Assembly: GCA_039030515.1 (NCBI GenBank)
Contig: JBCCEA010000008.1
Location: 70,704-134,703, forward strand
Length of the DNA: 64,000 nt
Direction: 5' to 3'
Origin: Myxococcota bacterium
GTDB lineage: Bacteria > Myxococcota_A > Polyangia > Polyangiales > Houyiibacteriaceae
The notes below the pieces were generated by a model. The model was given only the letters and a program-made list of their open reading frames with translations, had not been told where the DNA came from and did not search any database. The position numbers were made by a program, and so were the translations under genes. Shown here in pieces: positions 30,816 to 40,530 of this stretch. The first letter of the stretch is position 1; each line of letters begins with the position of its first letter.

Positions 30816-31562
30816 TCATCCATCAGCGTCTTCATCAGTGCCGGTAGAGTCCGCCTCCTCAATGGTCCCAGCGTTAGAGGCGTCTTCGGGGGGTGGCTGC
30901 TCCACATCTTGAATCGGCTCGAGATTGCCGATCCAATATCCTTGGGTTGCACCGGGCCGTGCTGCATGTGTCGCATAGGCTTGCCACCACTCCCCACCAG
31001 CACGGAGTACCCGCTGAGCAGCTTCCAATCGCTGCTGCCGGAACCCACCCACGACCTCAAGCGAGCGGGCTACCCGCTTTCTTAGTTTCTCAAGGTCGTA
31101 GCTACCTAGATCATGATGCACTGCACGCTCTGCATAGGTCATGGCGAGCTTGCGACGTGCCAGAACAACCTCTGCTCTCGCGATTTTGTAATCTAGCTCC
31201 GCCAACTCAACCCGAAGCTCAGCAAGAGCATTGAGCTTCCCCCTGGCAGAGTCGAGCCCTCTGGACTCCAGCACCACGTCCGCCCATCGCTCCATATGCT
31301 GCAATTCCACATGGAGAAAGTCCTCCCGCGCCTCGGCTGCGATCACTGCATCCTGTGCAGCCGCCAACCACTGACGGGTCTCTACGGGCAGCGTGAGATC
31401 TCTTGGGTCCACCGGCTCCACTCGTGGACCTCCGCAAGCGGTCTCAAATACGAGAAACGCAAGAAAGCCAATCCTGCAACCGATTACGCCCATGCGTTCC
31501 CACATCGGATGACCTCCCACCAAGACCTTCCGCGGCCTCAAAGCCCACCAAGAGCGAGTCAA
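30816..31562 (-). CDS. Helical/coiled-coil lipoprotein, last gene of the Glt-like operon
   Basis: Hydrophobic segment ending ETAC; 4-nt overlap with the upstream TPR gene; true start may be a downstream Met. Confidence 0.65.
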   Translation of the reverse strand: MTRSWWALRPRKVLVGGHPMWERMGVIGCRIGFLAFLVFETACGGPRVEPVDPRDLTLPVETRQWLAAAQDAVIAAEAREDFLHVELQHMERWADVVLESRGLDSARGKLNALAELRVELAELDYKIARAEVVLARRKLAMTYAERAVHHDLGSYDLEKLRKRVARSLEVVGGFRQQRLEAAQRVLRAGGEWWQAYATHAARPGATQGYWIGNLEPIQDVEQPPPEDASNAGTIEEADSTGTDEDADG

Positions 31563-34500
31563 GGAGCCGCTCCGATTCTCCGACCTCCGGCACGCCCCTC
31601 AGAAAAGGTCTCGAGGGCGACCGTCGCAGCATCGCTCAGACCGAGCTGTCGAAGCAGCGTGGCCAGATTCTGTCGTCCAACCTCTAGGTTTGCATCTGCA
31701 GCGAATGCAAATGCGCGAAGGGCCGCCCCAAAATCACCGATTTGATGATTCGCCACGCCCAGAAGATTTGCCTCGGTGGGTCCCCCACCATGCTGGTTTG
31801 CTGAGGTCAGGGCGGTGCGCGCAAGGTGCGGCGCTCCTGCGTCAAGCAAGAGCGTTCCCATTTCGACAAGCGCCTCTACATCTTCAGGGTTTCTCGCTAC
31901 GCGTGCACGCAGCGCATCGGGGATATTCGGCGAACCGGCAGTCGAGCGGGACACCCGATCGAACTCAGGAAGTACACTATTCGGCTGGTCTCCTCCCAAG
32001 CATAGGCGAGCCGTCGGCCCAAAGGAGCGCATCTGCCAAGCTTGCCGGCTGCATGCTTGAACCGCCTCTTCAGCAGTTTGTTCGAGACTCTGCGCACGCT
32101 GGCCTAGTGCCGCTTCTACTTGAGCACGGGCTTCGCCCAACTCCGCGGGTGGTGAAAAGCGACGGATTTTCGCCGCAGCTGTTCGAACCATGCTCGCGAG
32201 ACGGAGCAGGGCCATCGACGAGTAATCCGAATCTTGCTCGCGCACGGCTTCGAGATAGGCTTGCTGAACGACATCGACAACGGTCACGAACTCCTCGAGC
32301 AGCATGATGTCGGTAATCTCGGGATAGGCCTCCACCGCACTGCGTAGCACTTCCGCCGAACCGAAATAGGCTCGAGCACGGACTTCTGGAGTAGCCCCTG
32401 CAGAGAGTGCGCTTTGAAGATCCATTTCCGCTTCGTCTGTTCGTCCCAAGGCAAGCTTGGCAAGCCCTATGCGAACAAGAACCTCCGGGGTGGCGGCGTG
32501 CAGAAAAGGCGCCAGAGAAGAGAGCAGCATGGACGGATCGCCTTGCCGTTCGAGTACCGAAGCAAGACGCGCGAGGGGCGTGGCCTGTGCGGCCGGTGTT
32601 TGCTCGAGCGCCAGCGTTTCCTGGTAGGTTGCGATGGCTCCCGCAAGATCTCCCGTCTGCTCTTGAAGCTGACCGACAACTCCGAGCAGAACGCTTCGTT
32701 GTGGATGCCCTGCAGCGGCCGCTTGCCTTAGAAACTCTACCGCCCGGTCGATCTCAAATCGAGCTACTGCAGTCTGACCGATCGTGGCCAGCATACCCGG
32801 CAGCTGCTCGCTGTTCGGATACGCCTCCGAAATCTGAGCTCCGAGCGCATACACCTTATCGGTATCGCCCATCGCCCGTGCAGCCAAAAATGCGTTGGAA
32901 AGTGCACGTTCGCCCAGCTCAGTCCCCTGATTGCGCTCGGCAAAATCGACCAGCACCGAAAGGTCGCCTCCTTCTTCGCCCGCCGCCTCGAGGCTGACTT
33001 CGTCGAGCATGCGCTGTTCGGTGGCTGCGAGCATGGGTTGAATCTGCCCTCTTAGCGCGGGCGAGGCAGGACCCTCTTCCGCAGAGAATCTGCGAGCCGC
33101 GTCCGCGAGAGCGCCAAAGTCACTCAAATCGCTAAAGCTATCTAGGACCAGGCGAATCGCCGCATCGCCTTCGGAGCTTTGGGGAAATTCATAAGCTACT
33201 GCAGTAAGATAGTCGACGGCTTCGACGTAGCGTCCGCTGTCCAAATACGCGAGCGCGATTCCAAACTTGACCAGACGCTCATTGTCGGACTCGACGGGAA
33301 ACCGCAGCAACTCCCGGCCTGCTCTGAGCAAACCGTTCCGCGCGAGCGCCCGGGCCGCGATGTCGTCACCATCCGATTCGCGCAGTACTTCCTGCAGGCG
33401 AACTACAGCATCGTACAGCGCATCTCGACGGCGAGCGCTGCGCTCCGGAAGCAGATCCGCCGCCCTCAAACTGAGCTCGGCAGCATAGGCGTATCTCTTC
33501 GCAACCGAAGCGACCTCAGCAGCGTTGAGCATCATGTCGAGCGAGGATGCGCTCTCGTGAAAATGCGCCAGGTACGCCCGGTAGCCGTCACCCAGACTTC
33601 GCGCAAAATCAGCCTGTTCGCCTTCTCCCAACCCGTCCATCTTTGCCTGCGCACGAGTCAGAAGATCCCGCACGTAGACTTCAAACTCTTCCTTCAAGGA
33701 TTCTTTTTCTGCCGAGGGAACACCAACCAGGGATCCGTAAACCCTTAAGACCCGAACGATATGCTCGATATCGACTCCCAGATCTTCGTAAGAATTGATG
33801 CTTCTCAGAACAGTGTGCATCGAGCGAGCATCTTCAAGGCGGTCTAGGTTGATCGGACCCAAACGAAGCAACTCGCGAAGCACATGCAGTAAACCGGCAC
33901 CCTCTTCTACCGTTCCCAGGCGTCGCGCCATGCGCGCAAGACCCGCAACGTAGGTTGCGCGATCGTAAGACCACTCCCGTAGGAACGCGACCGCGAGCTC
34001 CGGCTCCCGCTCTTGCGTGTAGCAATACGCTAAGTCCGTAACCGCAGCTCGCCGTACATCGATCGCGTAGTCTCCACCCAGCGACTCCAGATCGCGCTCA
34101 TCGACTTCAGTCAGTTGAGCTAGTCGACTTTCGTCCAGAGGCTCTTCTTCTCGATCCTCGGCTTGATCCTCGGCGGAAGCTTCAGACGAGTTTCGTTCGC
34201 GTTCCAGAGCGACCTTAGCCAAAAGATCCTCGGCATCGGCCACTTCCCTGCCTATCTCGATGGCCCGATGAAAGTGACCTAGTGCCTGCTCGCAGTCACC
34301 TCGATTGACTGCAACCCACGCAAGCTTGTAGCGCGAAAGCGCCGAAAGCCTGGTTCTCGGACCCCGCGCAACCTGAAGATAGTACCCTTCGGCTTCGGAC
34401 AACTCACTACGGTCGAAGTGGTAGTCACCTAGTAGAATTAGCGCCTGCTGGAGAAATCGACTCCTGCCCCGCTCCACCAGTTGCCCCAAGATGCTTCGCA

Positions 34501-34969
34501 TATCATCGAAATTGCCGAGCTCTCGATGTTCTTGAGCGATATTAAAGAGGACTCTCGGTGCAAGATCCGTATCAGGATAGTCACTCAGAATCCGCTGATA
34601 CACCTCGATAGCCTGCTCTTTTAGCAACCTCACCTGAGGCACGTGCAGACCCTCTCGACTGCCTTGCTGACGCTCAACCGCGACTCGGTAGTGGTAACTC
34701 GCCTCCTCGCTGAGAAGCTCGGCAAGACGCACGTAAAGCTCGGGCAAGTAGGGGGCTCCACGTGAACGCGCTATCGTGAAACGAGTCTCTTCGATGGCGG
34801 CACGGGCCTTGGTGATGCGTAGGCGAAGACTCTGAACGTAGTAGGCATCTTCAGTCGTCTGAGGTGCGCCTCCGCAACCGGCGAGTGGAAAGAGCATCAA
34901 GACCGCAATGATCGCAAGCGATCGAGACCATGAAGAGCGGCTGACAGTCGGCACGTGCTCTCCCTTCAT
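31559..34969 (-). CDS. Large TPR lipoprotein, GltD/AgmU-like
   Basis: Lipobox LAGC; ~1130-aa TPR solenoid with LGDYHFD and YKLAWV motifs typical of GltD-like proteins; ATGA-coupled to the GltC-like gene. Confidence 0.7.
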   Translation of the reverse strand: MKGEHVPTVSRSSWSRSLAIIAVLMLFPLAGCGGAPQTTEDAYYVQSLRLRITKARAAIEETRFTIARSRGAPYLPELYVRLAELLSEEASYHYRVAVERQQGSREGLHVPQVRLLKEQAIEVYQRILSDYPDTDLAPRVLFNIAQEHRELGNFDDMRSILGQLVERGRSRFLQQALILLGDYHFDRSELSEAEGYYLQVARGPRTRLSALSRYKLAWVAVNRGDCEQALGHFHRAIEIGREVADAEDLLAKVALERERNSSEASAEDQAEDREEEPLDESRLAQLTEVDERDLESLGGDYAIDVRRAAVTDLAYCYTQEREPELAVAFLREWSYDRATYVAGLARMARRLGTVEEGAGLLHVLRELLRLGPINLDRLEDARSMHTVLRSINSYEDLGVDIEHIVRVLRVYGSLVGVPSAEKESLKEEFEVYVRDLLTRAQAKMDGLGEGEQADFARSLGDGYRAYLAHFHESASSLDMMLNAAEVASVAKRYAYAAELSLRAADLLPERSARRRDALYDAVVRLQEVLRESDGDDIAARALARNGLLRAGRELLRFPVESDNERLVKFGIALAYLDSGRYVEAVDYLTAVAYEFPQSSEGDAAIRLVLDSFSDLSDFGALADAARRFSAEEGPASPALRGQIQPMLAATEQRMLDEVSLEAAGEEGGDLSVLVDFAERNQGTELGERALSNAFLAARAMGDTDKVYALGAQISEAYPNSEQLPGMLATIGQTAVARFEIDRAVEFLRQAAAAGHPQRSVLLGVVGQLQEQTGDLAGAIATYQETLALEQTPAAQATPLARLASVLERQGDPSMLLSSLAPFLHAATPEVLVRIGLAKLALGRTDEAEMDLQSALSAGATPEVRARAYFGSAEVLRSAVEAYPEITDIMLLEEFVTVVDVVQQAYLEAVREQDSDYSSMALLRLASMVRTAAAKIRRFSPPAELGEARAQVEAALGQRAQSLEQTAEEAVQACSRQAWQMRSFGPTARLCLGGDQPNSVLPEFDRVSRSTAGSPNIPDALRARVARNPEDVEALVEMGTLLLDAGAPHLARTALTSANQHGGGPTEANLLGVANHQIGDFGAALRAFAFAADANLEVGRQNLATLLRQLGLSDAATVALETFSEGRAGGRRIGAAP

Positions 34970-36387
34970 TGTAGACACCGGTCCTCGATGGTGACTTCGA
35001 GATCATCCATCTCATCGGTCCAGAACTCTCCCGTAAACGAGTACGCAACCTCTCCCGTAGGAATCTCGCTCACCCCACCTCTCGGTGCCGGGCCATCGGG
35101 TCGTGCACGGCCTCGCAGCAGTTGAACGCTCAGTTCGTGGAGCAACAATCGGAGCCCGTCACTCGCAGACGCCAGCTCGGTGGCGAGTTGACGCACCTCG
35201 CGATTCAAGTTGGATTCATGGCGTTGCGCCAACCGATCAAGAGCAGCCTCGTACGTCTGCAGCAGCGCATCGCCAGCATCTCCGGCCCGGGCCGCAATCT
35301 CCCGTGCTCTATCGAGCTCGCTTCGTACTTGCTCGACGAGACGGGTCTCACGACGCAGCGAGGGACGTTCCTTGGCCGACCTCCGTAGCACTTCAGATTC
35401 GATCGCCGGAATACCAGACTCCAGTTCCTGGAGCGCTTCACCGTGCCGGCTGCGAAGTCGGTTTACCGCTACGCGAGCCAGATCTAACTGACAGAGCTTG
35501 CGAAGGTTGTACGCTTCGAGCAGGTATCGTTCAGGTGCAATCAGGGCTTCAAAAACGGGAGCGTCCAGGGCGATGAGCAAGCCGAGAGAGCGACGAAAAT
35601 TTCCTCGGTAGTAGTGAGCCCAAGCCATCTCCAAAACCACTCCAGGGCGTTCGGGAGCGACGGACTGAACTTCTTCATAGTGAGCGATCGCGTCGCGAAC
35701 CCGCTGTCGATCGAGCGCGATACGGGCAAGCGCCAATCGAGCCTCTGATCGCACATCCTTTGGAACCAGCGGCGCTTCGGTTTCCGCCAGCGGAGACAAA
35801 ACTTCTTCGGCCTCTTCCAAGTCGCTTTGGGATATGGCGTGGGCTGCGGTCACCAGCTGCGCCCTTGGGTAGTAGGGGCTGTCGGGCTCGATCCCAGCGA
35901 ACGAACGTTCGGCCCATGCCAATTCATTACGTCTCAGGCTATCTCGACCCTTGACGAAATGAACGAAGTTCGCGAGCTCTCGGGGCAAGCCAGAGAGATC
36001 CTCTGAAGCCACAAAGGCACGAAGCACCAGTTCTTCATCGACCAGGTCCGTGATCGAAAGGGCGGCAAGACTCTCAAGTGCCCGGTTCAGGAGATCCACG
36101 TTGCGGCGAGATTGAGCTATGTCGAGATAGTACAGGGAGGCGCCGTAGTTGAGGCCAAGCGCTTTGAGACTGCCGGCCAAAGTCATCTGCGCTCGATCGT
36201 ACCGGGGATCGTCCTCGGTCGCAGACTCCAGGTACATCAGCGCCGCAGCAGCTGCCATGTCGTGGTCTCCATCCACGTGAGCTTCCACCGAGCGACCAAA
36301 CGCTTCTTCGCGGTCCATCGAAACCAGCGAGCTGCCGCAGCCGAGCAAGCCGCAAAGCAAAGGCAAGATAGCGCCAAGTTTTCGCAA
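34966..36387 (-). CDS. TPR lipoprotein, GltC-like
   Basis: Lipobox LLGC (TTG start 36387); LEMAWAHY; C-terminal FTGEFWTDE...C motif matches the GltC-type GE(F/Y)WxDE ending. Confidence 0.72.
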   Translation of the reverse strand: MRKLGAILPLLCGLLGCGSSLVSMDREEAFGRSVEAHVDGDHDMAAAAALMYLESATEDDPRYDRAQMTLAGSLKALGLNYGASLYYLDIAQSRRNVDLLNRALESLAALSITDLVDEELVLRAFVASEDLSGLPRELANFVHFVKGRDSLRRNELAWAERSFAGIEPDSPYYPRAQLVTAAHAISQSDLEEAEEVLSPLAETEAPLVPKDVRSEARLALARIALDRQRVRDAIAHYEEVQSVAPERPGVVLEMAWAHYYRGNFRRSLGLLIALDAPVFEALIAPERYLLEAYNLRKLCQLDLARVAVNRLRSRHGEALQELESGIPAIESEVLRRSAKERPSLRRETRLVEQVRSELDRAREIAARAGDAGDALLQTYEAALDRLAQRHESNLNREVRQLATELASASDGLRLLLHELSVQLLRGRARPDGPAPRGGVSEIPTGEVAYSFTGEFWTDEMDDLEVTIEDRCLQ

Positions 36388-36410
36388 CTCCGCGGCCGAT
36401 TTGACTGCGT

Positions 36411-37157
36411 TCAAAACTGAAGAGAGAGCCCCAGCGCCGTCCATAGCTCGTGCTCCACATCGGTTGAATTGTCTTCGTTGAGGAAGAAGAGGTTGTGGCG
36501 AGCATCGATTCGAACTGAAAGCGCCCGCGTCAAATAAAAGCGAAACATGATCCCATAGTCGACGACCGCTCGTCGCGATCGGGTGAACCAGCCCATGCCT
36601 CCACCGAGGAGCAAACCGATCTCGCCGTGCAGGATGGCGCGATCGAGAAGTGCGCCCTTCCAGTAGATCGGCTTGAACAGCAGGTTCGTCGTGATCAGGT
36701 CTTCGAGAACCTCAAAGGGGGTTGGCTCAAGATCGAAGGGGTCCAACTCGGATTCCAAGTCGGTGTCGAACTGAAAGCTGTGAAGAAAGTTGACCACCTC
36801 CCACCCGATCCAGTCCGTGAAATGCACGGTATACGCGCCTCCGACAGTGACGCCTTTGGTGAAGGCATCTATGGGAAGCACGCCCAGCCACGAGGTGAAT
36901 TCGTGTGAGCCTTGAAAATGGCGATTTTGAACCGCGCGGGACGAATAGGCATATCCATTGCTGTCGGCGCTAGCCGGAGAAGCCACTGCAAACGTGCCGA
37001 GAAATACCGCCAACACCGACGTGTAAAGCAACGATTGGCGAAGCAGGATTGAGCCCAAATCAAGCCCGTCAGCCTCTGCTCGATCCCGCCGTACTTCAGT
37101 CTGCCGCTTTCGACGGTTTGGTCCGAACGAGCGGCGCCTGATTACAGCTGTCGTCAT
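36411..37157 (-). CDS. Outer-membrane beta-barrel protein, GltA/GltB-like
   Basis: Signal peptide ending ASA; AVQNR...HEF...DAF...YTVHFTDWIGWE; alternating strands; terminal Phe (LSLQF). True start probably downstream of 37157. Confidence 0.78.
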   Translation of the reverse strand: MTTAVIRRRSFGPNRRKRQTEVRRDRAEADGLDLGSILLRQSLLYTSVLAVFLGTFAVASPASADSNGYAYSSRAVQNRHFQGSHEFTSWLGVLPIDAFTKGVTVGGAYTVHFTDWIGWEVVNFLHSFQFDTDLESELDPFDLEPTPFEVLEDLITTNLLFKPIYWKGALLDRAILHGEIGLLLGGGMGWFTRSRRAVVDYGIMFRFYLTRALSVRIDARHNLFFLNEDNSTDVEHELWTALGLSLQF

Positions 37158-37400
37158 TTCAAAATCAGCCCCCCCAACGACCAGAGGCTACTAAAATCTG
37201 CTGTGGATCCAAGCATGAAATCAAAACTCGGCGTGATAAGCTGATGACAACTCAGTAAGCGGATGTGGTTTCGGAGACGGCTGACGAGTGAATATCCGCT
37301 GTGGATTCGACTTCTATATTTGGAAACAAAAGCAATTTTTGAGTTCTTTAGTATTCACCGTCCCATCAACCTGCGTCATGTGTAGAGCTTTGAAAAACTT

Positions 37401-37429
37401 TGAGCCGTTTTCTTTAGTCTGAAGCATCT
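37401..37429 (+). promoter_or_regulatory. Candidate ECF-type promoter TGAGCC-N17-GCATCT
   Basis: Lies ~30 nt upstream of the ECF gene; the same spaced motif recurs at 50452-50480. Confidence 0.3.
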
Positions 37430-37460
37430 GTAAGGTGTGTCGCAGAGCAACTTTAGGGTG

Positions 37461-38057
37461 ATGTCCCGCGGGCAGGGGTCGGAGTCGTTGCTCGACGTAT
37501 CCTTTAGAAGAAGCAGATCAAAGATCACCAAACTCGAGGCGCGGCTAGAGGATCGACCGATGGGTCTCGAAAACAAGGACCTCGAGCATCTATTTCAGCA
37601 ATACGCATCCTACGTGGGTGCCATCGCGTTGCGGCTCTGCGGTCGAACTTCAGAAGTGGATGATATCGTTCAGGATGTCTTCATTGCCGCACAGCGTGGA
37701 CTGCGAGAGATAGAAGATCCCCGAGGGGTGCGACGTTGGCTCGCACGGGTCACCGTTCGCACAGCGCAAAGAAGAATGCGCACTCTAAAGCTGAAAGGGA
37801 TGATCGGTCTCGTAGATGAGCCAGACTACAATACTTTAGCGGGGGCAAGTGCCTCTCCCGAGCAGATGGCGTTGATATCCTCGGTGTATCGCGAGCTAGA
37901 CCAGCTCCCCGCACAGCAGCGAACCGCTTGGATTCTGCGATTTGTGGAGGGATTTCGTCTTGAGGAAGTTGCTGAGCTCTGCGGTTGTTCGCTTGCGACC
38001 GCAAAGCGCCGTATCGCATCAACCCAAACCCATCTGCGAGACACTCTCGATGGCTAG
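37461..38057 (+). CDS. ECF RNA polymerase sigma-70 factor
   Basis: DDIVQDVF region 2, RRWLARV, region 4 LRFVEGFRLEEVAELCGCSLATAKRR; alternative start 37560. Confidence 0.92.
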   Translation: MSRGQGSESLLDVSFRRSRSKITKLEARLEDRPMGLENKDLEHLFQQYASYVGAIALRLCGRTSEVDDIVQDVFIAAQRGLREIEDPRGVRRWLARVTVRTAQRRMRTLKLKGMIGLVDEPDYNTLAGASASPEQMALISSVYRELDQLPAQQRTAWILRFVEGFRLEEVAELCGCSLATAKRRIASTQTHLRDTLDG

Positions 38058-38138
38058 TTCCAATTGCAGAGCTCGGCGTCAAGGTCTCGCAGATCAGCGT
38101 CAAACCAAGAGAGCACAAGCCAAATTCGGAATCGACTC

Positions 38139-39263
38139 ATGAATACAGACTTCCACTCAGAACTCTCAGCCGCACTGGAGCACGTAAAGGACAGTCCGTG
38201 GGACAGCCCTCGAATCGCCAAAGGTTTGTCGGGCATCAAACGCAAGAAACGCAATCGTGCTCTGGCAAGCAGCGGAATCACTCTAGCGGCTGCCGCACTG
38301 ATCTTCGGGCTGAGCACCAAAATGGCTCAGCATCTCGAGCTGCAGCCGGTGGCAACCCAAACCTCTCCCTCCCCCTCCCCTGTGAACCTCGCAGATGGCT
38401 CTCAGATCATCCCGCTCGCCGAGACGACCCGCGTTCAACTGCGCCATGCGTCCGAGGAACTGATCGTCGTCGAACTCGAGGCCGGCAGCGCGCATTTCGA
38501 AGTGTCGCCAAACCATCAGCGGCGTTTCGTCGTGCACTCCGCGGAAGTTAAGGTCGAAGTTCTCGGAACCGCGTTCCAGGTCACTCGGTCCGCAGATCAT
38601 TCGAGCGTGGACGTCGAGCGAGGCTTGGTGCGCGTCACCCATCAGGGCAAAGAAACACTGCTTCGGGCAGGAGATGCAGCGGCGTTCCCAGACGAATCGA
38701 TAGGCGTAGGCAGCACCGACGACAGTGTCGACACAAACGCAGCCGATTCGCGTCATTTGAGCCGTCAAAACCTGCGTACCCCCCGCTCATCGACGCCGAA
38801 TCCGTCTATAGAGTCGCCCCGGCGGCCATCGTCATCTCCGCAGATCGCCGGCGGACCCGGCTCCGATGAGGCCCCTTTTGCCTCGACGGCGCTGCCCTCC
38901 AATCGAACTGCGGCAGAACTTTGGGCAGCTGCTGATCAGGCTCGCGAGGAGAGACGCTACGGCGACGCGATCCCCTATCTTGTCGAGCTCAGCACACGTG
39001 TTCCAGACAGCCAGGGAGCACAAAATGCGCTGTTCACCTTGGGAAGGCTGTATCTTGATACCGGCGATGCATCACGAGCCGCATCAGCATTCGCCAAAGC
39101 CCAAAGAATGGGCGGGCAACTCGCAGAGCATGCGCTTTACCGGGAGATTCAGGCGCTCATTGCCGGGGGCGATCTGTCGCAAGCCGAGCGCCGAACAGCC
39201 AAATATCTGCAGAGGTATCCCGAGGGACGCTACCGAGAAGAGCTCCAAGCGCGGTCACCTTGA
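38139..39263 (+). CDS. FecR-domain anti-sigma factor with C-terminal TPR
   Basis: Single TM after KRKKRNR; LADGS...LEAGSAHFEV...VEVLGTAFQV...VERGLVRV FecR motif; TPR ending YLQRYPEGRY. Confidence 0.88.
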   Translation: MNTDFHSELSAALEHVKDSPWDSPRIAKGLSGIKRKKRNRALASSGITLAAAALIFGLSTKMAQHLELQPVATQTSPSPSPVNLADGSQIIPLAETTRVQLRHASEELIVVELEAGSAHFEVSPNHQRRFVVHSAEVKVEVLGTAFQVTRSADHSSVDVERGLVRVTHQGKETLLRAGDAAAFPDESIGVGSTDDSVDTNAADSRHLSRQNLRTPRSSTPNPSIESPRRPSSSPQIAGGPGSDEAPFASTALPSNRTAAELWAAADQAREERRYGDAIPYLVELSTRVPDSQGAQNALFTLGRLYLDTGDASRAASAFAKAQRMGGQLAEHALYREIQALIAGGDLSQAERRTAKYLQRYPEGRYREELQARSP

Positions 39264-39300
39264 ACACACACGTCGCTTCGGATCGCTAAGCGGAACGCGG

Positions 39301-40335
39301 TTGGCAAGGTTCGGCCGCTCTGCAGCGCGCGCGATTGCCGTAGCGACTCGGGCCTTTGGGCAGCTCGCCCTGGTGTGGTCGACGCTCGGGCCCGCGACCG
39401 CATGCGCCCAACCCAGCGGCAGGCAAAACAGCGACGACGAGAGCATTGTACGATCAAGCGACAGCCGGGTAGTCATGAGGGAAACCGGCTGCTCGCCGGT
39501 CATTTCGCCCCTCCTCCACCCACTTGTCGAGCTCGAGGCTCGAGAATCGATTGACGTAGACCTGCGGTGCACGGAACGTCAACTGGTCATTAGCGTCCAG
39601 TTCCGTTCCAGCGAGGCCTCCGGTTCCGCACGACAAACAGTTCGCTGGTCGCTGCCGTGGAACGCGACGTACGAGCAGCAAGATCTTCAGGAAGCGCTAC
39701 GTGCCCTAGCGATTCAAATTACCGAATCTCAAGTCGGACCAACCACTGCGTCAGACCCGTTTCAGGCGCGACCAAGCCCACCCCTTGAGCAAGGAGGAAC
39801 GATTGCTGCACCCCGAGGCTACGGAGAGCTTTGTTTCTCTGGAGGAAGCGTGTTCGACGACCGTGGTCAAGCGCACTACGCAGCCGAAGTCTCCTATGCT
39901 CGACTGACGATCCAACCGAGAGGAAGCGACTGGTGGATGGGAATTCAAGTTCACGGTCGCTTCGTCACGGGACGGTCTAGCGCAAGATATGTACATAGAA
40001 TACGCAGAAACTCAGGAGGCGTAGGCTGGATGGCGCGATTTGGAACAAACCGAATCGGTTGGGACAATCTCCTCTCGTTCGGCCTAGGAGTTGGAAGCGC
40101 GCACACCACGCAAGAGGCAGAGGTCGACCATCGACTCTTCTGGTTCGGAGGCCGACTTCGCACAGGACCCAGCGTTCGACTCGGCACAAGAGTTCGTCTG
40201 AGCGCCCTGCTCGAGGGAGGCATACAGCGTCGCCTCGATGCGCTCGTGCAGACGCTCGATCCCTCTGCCGAAACGCGAGTACGCGGCGGTCGTTTTTTTG
40301 GAGGCCTGAACTTGGCCGCCCGTTTCATCCTCTGA
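39301..40335 (+). CDS. Probable outer-membrane protein (N-terminal periplasmic domain + beta-barrel) of the ECF cassette
   Basis: Signal-like N-terminus from TTG 39301; Gly/aromatic amphipathic strands; ends LNLAARFIL. Confidence 0.55.
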   Translation: MARFGRSAARAIAVATRAFGQLALVWSTLGPATACAQPSGRQNSDDESIVRSSDSRVVMRETGCSPVISPLLHPLVELEARESIDVDLRCTERQLVISVQFRSSEASGSARQTVRWSLPWNATYEQQDLQEALRALAIQITESQVGPTTASDPFQARPSPPLEQGGTIAAPRGYGELCFSGGSVFDDRGQAHYAAEVSYARLTIQPRGSDWWMGIQVHGRFVTGRSSARYVHRIRRNSGGVGWMARFGTNRIGWDNLLSFGLGVGSAHTTQEAEVDHRLFWFGGRLRTGPSVRLGTRVRLSALLEGGIQRRLDALVQTLDPSAETRVRGGRFFGGLNLAARFIL

Positions 40336-40530
40336 TGAAGTCGAGGACGTGGGCCCCACGCAGGCCTCTTTCGTCAGTGGATAGGCAAATGATACCCTCA
40401 GGGTTTTCTGAGCGAGACCGCTTTGATGCGCGGGAAATCCAGGCACCGAAGCGCACCCTTGTTCAGGATTCAGCATCTGGCTTCCGGTCGGGACGTCAGA
40501 GGACCGAGCGCGAGAGAATCTGAACTGCTT

